Assembly: GCA_964016885.1 (NCBI GenBank)
Contig: OZ024740.1
Location: forward strand, 70,866,001-70,930,000
DNA from: Eledone cirrhosa
Lineage: Eukaryota
Length of the DNA stretch: 64,000 bases
Direction: 5' to 3'
Shown in pieces: positions 25,789 through 38,183 of the stretch. The notes beneath the pieces are model-generated. The model was not told the origin of the DNA. It worked only from the letters and a program-made list of their open reading frames with translations, and ran no database searches. Numbering within the stretch: the first letter of the stretch is position 1; every line of letters starts with the position of its first letter. The translations under genes were made by a program, and so were the position numbers.

Positions 25789-28700
25789 ATCAATTGAGAG
25801 TTGGCTGTTTGAACGCGCGTGGCCTGGGCTCAGCTTGGAAGCAAGCAAAGCTTCTAAATGACCTCAGGTCACAAAGTATAGATGTGATGGTTGTTTGCGA
25901 GAGTCGGATCAGCAGCGTGAGACAGCTGGCACCCGCCTTCGATGACTTTGAGATGCACGCATCTCTCTGTCAACCCGGAGGCGGGGGGGGGGGTTGCCGT
26001 ACTGCTGGATAAACGTCTGGCTCTCGACGTACAGATTGTTGACTCGGACCCGGGGATCGATTACTGGTGCTGGACGTCGGAGGCGGTGAAGGCGGGGCTT
26101 TCAGACTGGTCGGTCTTTATGCCCCCTTCGGGGCGGAAAGAGCCGACTTCTTCCAGCGTCTGGAGACTTTTCTAGGAACGTCGCGTTCCCTGCTTTTAGT
26201 GGGGGACTGGAATGGGATCCTAGATGCGCGTTGGGACTATGCAGGGGCATCTCCCGATAGAGGGAGGTGTAGCAGCCTCAAGGGGTTACTCCATCGATTC
26301 GACCTGGTCGATAGATTTCGACTAGATTGTCCAACTGCGCCAACCTGGACCTGGGCAAACCGCAGTGGACAATCTAGATCGTACCTAGATAGGTTTTTGG
26401 TTAGGAGTAAGGATAGGGACGTATTTAGTTGTCCAGAATTGCTCATGGTTGGCTATTCAGATCACAAATTAGTGACCTGCGTGGTCAACCTTGATAGAAC
26501 GCATAGACAGGGTCCCGGTTACTGGAAGATGAACTTGTCCTTGCCGGCAAAGAAAGATTACAGGAACCGGATTAGTAGCTTAGTTAAGATGCGGTTGACG
26601 GGAGCGATCGTCAACAGTAGGTGGTGGGTATCTCTAAAGAGAGAGATTAGAGTAAGTTCGATAGGTTACAGTAAGGAACTAGCGGCGAATAGGAAGGAAA
26701 GGGAGTTAACAGATAAACTAGAAGAGGCGATTAGGAGCGGAGACGTAGCCAGAGTGTTAGCGGCGAGAACGGCGTTGAGCCAGTTCTTTGACGCGAAGCA
26801 CGAAGGCTGCGTTGTCCGAAGTAAAATACGTGCTTTAGGAAACGCGGGGACCAAAGCTGTTAGCTGGGCCCGCGTGACAGAAGCCAAGAGTGGGATTAAA
26901 TCCACCATTCGGTCTTTGCGAGACCAGGATGGACGGGTGATCCTTGAACCTGAGCGGATGTGCGAGGCCTTTCAAAGGCACTTTGCTCGACTGTTCGGAG
27001 GGGGAGGGGGCCGGACGGGGATGTGGACTTCGGTCCATACCTCGACGGTCTACCGCGTCTTTCGAGCGGCGAAGCGGAGTGCTGCGAAAGGCCGATCACA
27101 GCCACTGAAATCGGGGAAGCGCTCAGCCAATGCAGCAGACGCAAATCCCCGGGTCTCGATGGTCTACCATACGAACTTTATTTAGCTATGCCGGTCTTGT
27201 TCTCCGAACTCCTCGAGGCTGTCTATTGCAACTGGCAACAGAACGGGAGAATTCCCTGTTCTGTGACCAAGGGCGTGGTCACGCTAGTGAGGAAGGACGA
27301 GAGAAAGGGGGACGACTTAAGTAACTTTAGGCCCATAACTCTGCTGAATGCAGAGTTACAGTTTTGGCCAAGGTGTTGGCGAAGAGGTTGGCGCTTGTGG
27401 TGGGTGGTTTGGTGGGAGACGCGCAGACATGCGCTATCCCGTCCAGGTCCATTCACGACAACCTCCACCTCATGCGATACATCATAGAGAGGGTTGGCAA
27501 CGAACCCGGCTTTGGTGGGGCCCTGATTAACTTGGATCAATCTAAGACGTTCGATAGGGTCGACCATGGTTACCTGGATGCGGTGCTAGCGGCGGCGGGC
27601 TTCGGACCCGTTTTCAGGGGCTGGATTTCTGCCATGCACAGTGGCAACATCTACTCTAGGATTAAAGTAAACGGCTAGCTCTCGGACCGTTTCAAATCAC
27701 CCGGTCCATCAGACAGGGGTGCCCCCTCTCCTCCCTTCTGTACGTATTGACTCTCGAGCCACTGCTGCGGAAATTGGAGTTGCTGCGGGGCATACCCCTG
27801 GAACCGGGATTGCACAAAGCGGTCTCGGCCTATGCCGACGACGTAACAGTAATGGTGGCGGACGCCTCGGAAATCGGGGCGATCGCCACCCTACTGGAGG
27901 AATACGAAAGGCTGACAGGGGCTAGGCTGAACCAGGACAAGTCAGTCGGTTTGCAACTCGGAACGTGGAGGGGCAAACCGATGCCGTTAGACGGTGTCGT
28001 CGGGCGGTGGACGGAGGGCCCGGTGAAGCTGCTCGGGGTCTGGTTCGGACCGGACCTCCAGGTGGAGAAGAATTGGGGCGAGGTGACGAGCAGGGTGTTT
28101 GCGCTGACCCAGAAGTGGGCCAAGTGCAAACTATCACTGAAAGGTCGGGCGGAGGTGACGAACACTTTTATAGCGTCCGTCATCTACTACCGCCTGACCG
28201 TCGTGCCTTGCCCCAAGGAAAAGCTCACCATCATGGAACGCATGCTCTTCCAGTTCCTCTGGAAGAAGCGGCCTCCCATGGTGAGGAGATCCATCTGCTG
28301 CCAGCACCCTTCGAAAGGAGGGCTGGGTATGCCGTGGCTGTTGATGCGTAGGCACGCATTGAGGCTACGGCATCTACAGGTATTCCTCAACGGTCAGCCG
28401 GTGTGGGCCCCGTTTGTGAGGCGAGCCTTCCCACAGCTCGTCTCGCTCACCGAACTGCAATCCTGGGTGAAGCAAAGACTGAGAAAACTGGGCAACTGGC
28501 ACACCGAGTGTGCCCAGGCGCTCACGGCTATCTGGCAAGCGGACCCGACTATCAGTGGAGAATCCACCTCGACATTCTATAGAGGGTTGGTGGCTAGCAA
28601 GGGCGACGACACCCTTGGAGAGTCGCTAGGCATGGAGGAGGACGAACTGGCCAGCCTGTTCGGTAGAACTTTCGGCCCGGGACCCATGGACAACTTCCAG

Positions 28701-29213
28701 AGGTCCCTAGCCTGGCAGTGTTACCGGGGGGCTCTGCCCGTTCGAGAAAAGCTCTACAGACACGGGCGCCCGGGCAGGGATCCCGCGAAAAAGATCTGTC
28801 CTAGATGCGTGCGCGACGAGGAAACCGTTGCGCATGCACTGGTACACTGCCCGGGCGTTGCCGATCTGTGGGGCTACGTCGAACGACTGCTGTCGCGTGT
28901 GGCGCCGATTCGATTAACCGCCGAGTCTGTGGTGAACATCAAGCCGCCTCCTCCCTTCAGAAATGAAACAGAGGCGGTCTTTCTGTGCGTAATAGCCATG
29001 ATGAAAGAGGTTGTGTGGTGGACGCGCCTGAAAGGTCTGAGGTCGGGTGACTTTCTCTCCGGCCATCACCTGGTTTACTTCTTCCGATATCACTTCGGAA
29101 GAAGGATCAGGATGGAGAGAGAAGTGCTTGGCCCCAGACAGTTTTATGAAAGGTGGGTGAAAGAAGCAAGAATGGCCCGTGTAAATGGGCCTTCTCTCTA
29201 CATTGTTCTGTAG
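25785..29213 (+). pseudogene. Copy C ORF2 (APE + RT + C-terminal CCHC), frameshifts and one stop
   Basis: VGDWNG, SDH, DQSKTFDRVDH, RQGCPLS, AYADDV, CPRC..EETVAHALVHC. Confidence 0.93.
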
Positions 29214-29447
29214 GTGAAGAAGTGAAGAGGAAAGGGGGAGCGCCTCCTCTCTGGGCTTCCCCCGCGAAAAGAGTTGCACACTTTTCGGGGGTATGTGCAA
29301 TCCCCAACACATCTCCCTTTTGAGGACTTTTTATTGTTATATTATTATTGTTATTCCTTTTTCTTTACTCGATTTATGTAAACTCCCCCACTGTGTAAAT
29401 GTCCCCTTCTTTTGTGCCCTCGTGGCAAATAAATATCTATCTATCTA

Positions 29448-29499
<52 letters not shown>

Positions 29500-30450
29500 C
29501 CTCTCTCTCTTCGAACTCTCCATTTGCTGAAGAAGGACTTAAGTCAGAAGCGCCGAAACCTCACCTACTTCCTCCTAAGCGTGATACTAATAAAACCCCG
29601 TGTTTTTGCACCCCTGTGTTTATGTTGTTATTTTTTAACTATAAATGTGTGTGTGTGTGTGTGTGTGTGTACACACAAACACACCGTTAATAGTTTTCCT
29701 CATCTTCAGATCATGACTTATCAAGTTAATTTAACAGCTTTTATTATTACGATAAAATAAAAAAGGAAATTGAACCCGAAATAAAACCAAATATAGTTGA
29801 AATAAAGGTAAGAGAGAAAGAAAGAAAAGAAAGGGAGAAGATTAGCTCTTGTTTTTATGCTTGTATTCCGGTTTATCTATAAGACAAATGAACCAGATAT
29901 AAAGTGTGCTTGAAGGATCTAAAAATGTATTCTTTTGTATTAAAGTGGCAAAAAGCTGTGGTCATCACGATTCGGGTTAAATGTTTGATATATTTATTAC
30001 AAATTCATGAGAGGGGGGTGAAACCAAATAAACGCATCTCATGGTAGAACTACTTGTGAATGTCAATGTGAGGTCAAAAGATTATATATGTCTAATTGAC
30101 CTAAATATAGTGTATAATAGACCCTCCCATCGGTATAGCTATCTTCCTAGCTAGCTAGATACATAAATAGCATGTACTCTAATGTACTTCTCAGAAGAGG
30201 TACCTTGCTGAAACCACTGAGCTCGTGGGCGATCCTCTACTTTTACTAATACCCCCATTCTGCATCATACCATGTATCGAGAACTTCTCTTCTTTGATTT
30301 GTGGTCTTCTCAGTCCCAGTACTGCAGACTATATATATATGTGTGTGTGTGACTACTGGGTTCAATCGAAGGTAACCACAGTAAGTAAGGTACTCAATAC
30401 ATTAATAGACTATTTACAACAACATTAAAAATAGAAATATATATTGTTAT

Positions 30451-30513
<63 letters not shown>

Positions 30514-30519
<6 letters not shown>

Positions 30520-30831
30520 ATACATTAACAGAGAAAGCTTTAAGCTATACTCTGACTGGCTTCCATCTCACTCAACAAACATTAGGATATACCTTAGTAT
30601 AATCCCAATTTTACGTTTGGGGTGCTAACTATATGTATTTTGCGGATAGCCAGTTGTATTATTTTATATGAGACATAATTAAAATACATCTCCCTTTCCA
30701 AACAATTGTTTCATTATAAGTTTTCTACAAGTTGGGAAAAATGTGTCCAGGTTATGTAGAAGCCTGCACATAGTCCGTAGGAATATATGCAGGTGGGCAC
30801 TTATAAATCAACAGTGGATGCCCATCAAACA
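30514..30831 (-). mobile_element. Solo copy of the ~300-bp hammerhead-bearing repeat (core mutated to CTGTTGA)
   Basis: Near-identical to 60403-60720 and 61131-61435; (TA)n on both sides. Confidence 0.85.
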
Positions 30832-30854
30832 TATATATATATATATATATATAT

Positions 30855-30889
<35 letters not shown>

Positions 30890-30891
<2 letters not shown>

Positions 30892-31135
30892 CGAGGGAAA
30901 AGTGGTAAGGAACCAGGTGGACCATAACGCACCAAAGTACTCAATACTTAGGGTAGTAGAGTGGGTAATAGGAGTAAGTAAGACCCCGACGGCTGAGCTC
31001 AAGCCGTTTCGACGGCTAATTCTGTACTGAATTAGCCGTCGAAACGGCTTGAGCTCAGCCGTCGGGGTCTTACTTACTCCTATATATCTATATATATATC
31101 TTTGAGCTCTGCCGTCGGGGTCATACTTTTTCCTA
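30890..31135. mobile_element. Fold-back hairpin element in (TA)n
   Basis: Perfect ~55-bp inverted arms 30968-31083 around a TGTACT loop. Confidence 0.85.
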
Positions 31136-32146
31136 TGATATATATATATATATGATATATATATATATATATATATATGATATATATATATATGATATAT
31201 ATATGATATATGATATATATATATGATATATATATATGATATATATATATGATATATATATATATGATATATATATGATATATATATATGATATATATAT
31301 ATATATATATATGATATATATATATATGATATATATATATATGATATATATATATGATATATATATATATGATATATATATATATGATATATATATATAT
31401 ATATGATATATATATATATATGATATATATATATATATATTATATATATGATATATATATATAATATATATATATATGATATATATATGATATATATATA
31501 TATGATATATATATATAATATATATATATATGATATATATATATGATATATATATATATATGATATATATATATGATATATATATATGATATATATATAT
31601 GATATATATATATATGATATATATATATGATATATATGATATATATATATAATATATATATATATGATATATATATATATATATATATGATATATATATA
31701 TATATGATATATATATATAATATATATATATATGATATATATATATATGATATATATATATGATATATATATATAATATATATATATATGATATATATAT
31801 ATATATCATATATATATATGATATATATATATAATATATATATATATGATATATATATATATATGATATATATATATAATATATATATATATGATATATA
31901 TATATATGATATATATATATAATATATATATATATGATATATATATATATATATGATATATATATATGATATATATATATATGATATATATATATATGAT
32001 ATATATATATGATATATATATATATATGATATATATATATAATATATATATATATATGATATATATATATATATATGATATATATATATAATATATATAT
32101 ATATGATATATATATATATGATATATATATATAATATATATATATA

Positions 32147-32210
<64 letters not shown>
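31136..32210. repeat. ~1.1-kb (TA)n tract with periodic G or A interruptions
   Basis: Direct reading. Confidence 0.95.
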
Positions 32211-32214
<4 letters not shown>

Positions 32215-32700
32215 ATAATAATAAATTTGAAGACTAAAATCCAAAGAGGGCTCGATAAGGATAAATATATATCAAATATATAAGAACCGTAGAGCAAATA
32301 TTTATTAAAATAACAGATTAAAGTTTAAGCAAAGAATCGCTGCTTTCACCCTTAACGGGATCTTCTGAAACTAACAAAGTCAATCTGTGAACGCAGAAGT
32401 GAATATTTCAAAAAACGTTTCAACCGGAGTTCGTGGAAACGTTCCCTGGCAAAGAACGGGAAAAACGAATATAATACGTCATTATCATATATATATATAT
32501 ATATGATAAAGCGACGAAGCTGAAACTTCGATGTCAGTGCCACTTTTCTATTTATTGGTGGGAAGAGTGTAAAAATATATTTTTACACTCTTGTCAATTG
32601 GAGGCTATAGTGCGACCGAACTCGAAACGACGTAGTTGCGAAGCAAAATCTAGTTCGCTTGTGTGAGAGAAAGAGAGAGAGTTTGTTTGCGTGCCCGCGC

Positions 32701-32736
<36 letters not shown>

Positions 32737-33062
32737 ATACGTTTGCTTGTTGTTGTTTTGCCATCGTGTTTGATGTGAAATAATCTATTTAAGTGTTTTT
32801 TCTTGCTCAATTATTATAGAAGGTTTCCAACGTTAAACCGCAGCAGTTCAACAACTCATATTGACACAAAACACACAGTGGTATTCTTTCACTCTATGTG
32901 AACACATTTAGCGTATACGGTGAACATTTCAATAGAATCATCAACAAAATATGCCCCCGAAAATGTAAATATACTTCTGTTTGGTTAAAGCAAATACTAA
33001 AATACCCTCAAAAATACATACAACACTACAAAACAACAATAAGAATAATAATGACAATAATA

Positions 33063-33360
33063 ATAATGTTTCTACTTTTGGCACGAGACCAGCAATTATC
33101 CCAGTGCATTACTGGTGCTTTTGAACTCAGAACGTAAAGGGCCATAATTCTATGCTGCAAAGCATGGTGTCTGACGCTCTACCGATAGTGCCAATCCACC
33201 GCCAATAATAATAATAATTGTTTCTACTTTTGGCACAAGGCCAGCAATTACTCCAGTGTATTACTGGTACTTTATTTTATCGACCCCGTAAGGATGAAAG
33301 GCAAAGTTAACCTCGGCGGGATTTGAACTCAATGCGTAAAGGGGCGTAACTGTGCTGCAA
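33063..33360 (-). mobile_element. Two tandem tRNA-derived SINE copies
   Basis: Same core and tail as 46515-46703. Confidence 0.78.
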
Positions 33361-33896
33361 TAATAATGATAACAATAATGATAATTCTATTAGCCAGAAG
33401 GGCCCAAGACATTGAGGGACAACACATACAGAGCATTTGTTTGGGGGGTTTTTTATCAGGTGACGCCCAGTTGCTCTTACATATTTTAATTGTTGTTGTT
33501 GTTAATACTATTATTATTATAATTATTGTTTTTGTTGTTACTATTATTACCATTGTTATTTTAATCATTATCATTATTATTACTGTTGTTAGTGTTATCA
33601 TTAATATTGTTGTTATCATTGTTATTGTACGGGTGGGGGTATGTTTATTTAGTTATTGGGCGCCGTTCTTACGGCTGACCTGCTTACATTTTAAATGTGT
33701 TCCATCGGTGGTTTGTGAAACCGTAGATTGGGTGGGGAAGGGGTGATTCAATCTGACAACCTTCACCACTCTCTTCTCATATTTATATTATTTGAAATGT
33801 TTTGCTTTGTTTTTGCTTATTTATGGCGAGTGTGGAGAGAGGACACTCTTCAAGTATTTATTCACTTCAATCGCTTTGGTGGAACTATTATTATTG

Positions 33897-34434
33897 GTGC
33901 ATTGGCAGCTTTGACACATAGAGTTACGGCCCTTGTCATTCTGAGCTCAAATCTCGCCGAGGTTAACTTTGCCTTTCATACTTGCGGGGTCTATAAAATA
34001 AAGTACCAGTAATGGACTGGGTAATTGCTGGCCTTGTGCCTAAAGTAGAAACAATTATTATTGTCAGACACCCTGCTTCGCGGGAGAGAGTTACAGCCCT
34101 TTACGTTCTGAGTTCAAATCCCGTCGAGACTAGCTTTTCCTTTCATCCTTACGGGATCGATGAATAAAGCACCAGTAATGCATTGAGGTAGATTTAATCG
34201 ACTTTCCCCTCCCCCAAAATTGCTGGTCTTGTGTCTATAGTAGAAATCATTATTATTATTGTCGGACACTCTGCTTCGCGGGAGAGAGTTACGGCCCTTT
34301 GCGTTCTGAGTTCAAAGGTTTGCCTTTCATCCTTACGGGGTCGATAAAATAAAGTACCAGTAATGCACTGGGTTCTATTTAATCGATTTCTCCTTGCTGG
34401 CCTTGTGCCTATAGTAGAAATCATTATTATTATT
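33897..34434 (+). mobile_element. Three tandem tRNA-derived SINE copies with (ATT)n tails
   Basis: Repeated GCCTTTCATCCTTACGGG..GAT..ATAAAG.ACCAG core and GGCCTTGTGCC..AGTAGAAA tail. Confidence 0.78.
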
Positions 34435-34829
34435 GATGTTGTTGTTATTTGCCATTTTCTCCATCTCTACAATGTCAGATCGTCTGTAATCTCTTTATCC
34501 GTTAGAATGCTTATATCCCACAATATATCAACTTTTCCTTTTCTACGACACATTCTGGTTTTGCAGATTAGCACCAACCTTGTTATGCCTTCTTTTGTAC
34601 ACTGTTTATGCTAATGTTTTGCAGCCACTGGCAATATGAGCACATTTTCCTAATGAATCCAAGACAATCTACATTTGTTTGACCCATCCATTTTGTAAAC
34701 TTCTCTCTTTATTTCATTGGTATTTATTGAGCTGTTTATAGTAAGCTTTCTGTTCCCGTATTATCCTTTTTTTTTTTTCGCTTTATTTCCATTTTATTTC
34801 ATCTTCCGGTCGAGTCACAACCAAAGATC

Positions 34830-35770
34830 TAAGGCACCTATAGAGAGAAACTTCCCGAGAAGGTCGGCGGTTGAAGTCAGCACAATTTTTTAACCTCGTA
34901 GATTGTTGGTTTTCCTGGGATCTGGTCAAAGAATTTATCGACGCCTTTCTTGATCATTCCCAGGGCACCCACAGCAGGGATGATTTTAGTTTTTCATATC
35001 TCAATCTGAAGGTCCTTGTATTTAGATAGTTTCTCAAATTCTTTTGCTGGGATGTTTCTATCAGTAGGCACCATCATATCAATTAACAGACATGTTCTTT
35101 GTCTTAGGTCTTTGATGATGATGTCTAGCCTATTAGTATTTATTTGCCTGTATATATGTATCCCATAATCTCCCTCGGGGAATGGCTGCGGATGGTGTCC
35201 ATACCAGTTCTTAGGGTGCTGGATATCATAGTAACAGAATATGTTCCACTGCAAGTATTGGCCAACTCGATCATGCCTGGTTTTGTATTCTTAGGAACAA
35301 GGACTGAGCAACCGGCAACAATGTGGCTAATGCTCTCAAGTTTGTCATCGCAGAGTCTGCACTTTGTGTCTGCCACATTGTGCAAGACATTGGCTTGATA
35401 GCTCTGGGTAAGGAAACTCTGATCTTGAGTCACTAGGATCAATTCTTGTTTCAATTCTTGTACTATGCAACCACTGGTGGGGTTTTTTCCTATCTGCATC
35501 AGCTTCCCCAGCTCGTTTGGGGTATTTTCCATGCAATGGGTTTTCTTGCCACAGTCTCGATATTTCTGTCAAGCTTTCCTGTTTAGCTTTAGTCTTACAC
35601 TTTTTTTCTGCCTTAGTAAATGACATGTCGTCGTTATCATCATCATTATCAGGGAGGTTAATCTCTCGTCTGTATTTATATGCCTTCTTTGAGATTGAGT
35701 GCAGTTTCTTACCATGTTCGTGTTGTCCCACCAACTGTATCATCCAATTAGCGTTACTTTGGATGTACAT
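34830..35770 (-). pseudogene. Degenerate R4-like RLE retrotransposon 3' part
   Basis: WQENPLHGKY, KCRLCDDKLESISHIVAGC, NRLDIIIKD..LIDMMVP..EFEKLSKYKDLQIEI. Confidence 0.85.
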
Positions 35771-35829
35771 CTTATATTTTAAGTTAATATAAACCCTACT
35801 TTCTCCTCTTTTCGTTCAAAGGGACACGC

Positions 35830-36850
35830 TAGATCTATGAAGGTACAGTTTCTTTCTTTCTTATCAATTACAATATCTGATTTGTTGTATTCAATCTTCA
35901 TCTCGGTCTGGATTGGAATCTCCCATCTCTTTCGTTTGTGACACCATGTTCACGGATTTTTTCTGCACGTAGAAATCCATACTCTTTACACAAGCTCCAG
36001 TGAAACATAGTAGCCACCTTATAAGTCTACTTTTTTAATAATTATTCTGGGATAACTGCTTACACTCTGAAACTACACGAGCAGCTATCTCTGCTTTCTC
36101 CCCATAAATCCTGCATTCAGCTTAATCGCCTTTCTTGTTTATGTTTTTCATTACCCACCTTGTTCTCATGGCTTGATCTTCTCCTGCTAGTATACGTCCT
36201 TCCGTTTCTTTCTTAATGTAGCCTTCCCTTAACCAGAACCAAGTATTTTTGTTATCCCACACGTTTCTTGTTTCTTTAAGAAAATGCTGAATGCAAGGGC
36301 TTTTCTTCAAATGGTTTTTACGCTCTTCAGCAATCACAGCCTTTTTATGTTTTCTGGCTCTCCATTTTTTAAAATATGCCTTCCATGACAAACTCCAATA
36401 AAAGCTTTTCTTTCTTATTTTTTATGTAGAGGCCTATACTTTCTTCTCTTTTGACAACATCCTGTACACTCAGCAATCCCCTAACTCCCTTCTTTGTTTT
36501 CCAATAGAGCCTGTCTGTAACACATTGTGGGTGCATACTTTGATAGATAGTGAGCAATTTCCTTGTTATCTGTTCGATTTCCTTTAACTCTACCTTTGTC
36601 CATTCTACTATACCAGTCCCATACCTAATTAATGAAACTGCCCTGACATTTATTGCCAGCATAGTATTTCCACCATTCGAACTGGACTTGAGTACATCCT
36701 CAATCATCGAAAGTGTTCTTTTTGATTTTGATTTTATGGCTTTTTAGCACACCTATATATTTATAAGCTTCATCTGTTTCCAGTGACTTGTTTCTTTCAC
36801 TCTTTGGTAGTTCGATTCCATCACACTCTACCTGCTTTCAACTTTTGCAC
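35830..36850 (-). pseudogene. Second degenerate R4-like RLE retrotransposon fragment
   Basis: AINVRAVSLIRYGTGIVEW, DRLYW..KKGVRGL, WLREGYIKKETEGRILAGEDQAMRT. Confidence 0.8.
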
Positions 36851-36851
36851 T

Positions 36852-37630
36852 TGGAGCTAGGGTGGTACACTATGGAATTGGGGAGTTTGAGTGACACTCT
36901 AGGACAATATGGAGCTAGGATGTCGCAATATGGCAGCGGGGAGGTAGAGTGGGAAAATACGGTACTTCGGAGCTAGGGTGCCGCACTGTGGAAGTGCGGA
37001 GCTATGGTGGTACACTATGGAATTGGGGAGCTTGAGTGATACAGTATGGAAATATGGAGCTAGGGTGACCCATTCTGGATATGGGAGATAGAGGGGAAAA
37101 ATACAGCACTTTGGAGCTAAAGTGCTGCAGTATGGCACACTGGAGCTAGGGTGGAACACTATGGAATTGAGGAGTTTGAGTGACACAGTGTGACAATGTG
37201 GCGCTTGGATGTCGCAGAGTGGAAATAGGGAGATAGAGCAGCAAAATACGGCACTTCGGAGCTAGGGTGCCGCAGTATGGGACAGTGGAGCTAGGGTGGC
37301 ACACTATGGATTAGGGAGCTTGAATGACACAGTATGGAAATATAGACCTAGGGTGACCGATTATAGATATGGGGAGATAGTGTAGCAAAATACGGCACTC
37401 TGGAGTTAGGATGTCGCAGTATGGCAATAGGGAGATAGAGCGGCAAATTACGCCACTTCGGAGCTAGAGTGCCGCACTATGGCACAGCGGAGCTATGGTG
37501 GATACAATGGAATTGGGGAGCTTCAGTGGCACAGTATGGAAATATAGAACTAGGATGTCGCAGTATGGCAATGGGGTAGATATGGCAGAAAATTGTGGAA
37601 TTTCGGAGCTAGGGTGCTGCAGTATGGCAA
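36852..37630. repeat. Minisatellite, ~29-bp GGAGCTAGGGTG-based subunits in ~144-bp higher-order units
   Basis: ACACTATGGAATTGGGGAG-like motif recurs near 36867, 37012, 37156, 37301 and 37504. Confidence 0.85.
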
Positions 37631-38183
37631 TGGTGACAATCTGTGAGATTGGGAGGGTTGACACAAAAACAGTATGGTGTAGGACAGGGACCTCGTTTTC
37701 CTTAAAAATGTGAGGGGGACAAACCAACATTTGTTGATTCTTAAAGGAGCATGTTAGTATTGCTCATGGTGCCTTTCCCGGGCCCTATCACATAAGTAAA
37801 ATTTTACGCTAATTAAATTTTTTATATTCAAATGAAGATCAGATATAACAAAAAATAAGCTTAAAAAGAATTTATTATATCAAATAAACAAAAAATAAAA
37901 CATAGGCGTTTGAAAAAGTGGTGGGGACTTATCCCCTGGTACCCCCCTGAAACAAGGCCCTTGGTGTAGGACTGGACAAAAGAGAGACACAAAAAAACGA
38001 ATCTGTTACTGAGAAGGTCACGAAAGAGCTTTGACAATAAATAAACAATCATGCCGCTAATGAACCAACCGGAAAATTCAACATATATATATATATATAT
38101 ATACATATGTGCATGAGAGAGAGAGAGAGGAGGGGGGGGGCTAATATACACCAGTCTATATACTTGACTACACACATATATAT

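Larger units (their letters stand above)
23735..29433 (+). mobile_element. Tx1/L1-clade non-LTR retrotransposon, copy C (full length), inserted in (TATC)n
   Basis: Left flank TCTATCTATCTATC, right end GTGGCAAATAAA-TATCTATCTATC; ORF1 + ORF2. Confidence 0.93.

Noticed and set aside
32335-32372. Hammerhead-like CAGAAGA-TCCCGTTAAGGGT-GAAAGC on the minus strand (also about 39680-39710)
   Set aside because: Core is non-canonical in both copies and there is no clear NUH site or stem I
36852-37630. CRISPR-like periodic repeats
   Set aside because: Intervening sequences are themselves repeated, the context is eukaryotic and there are no cas genes; it is a minisatellite
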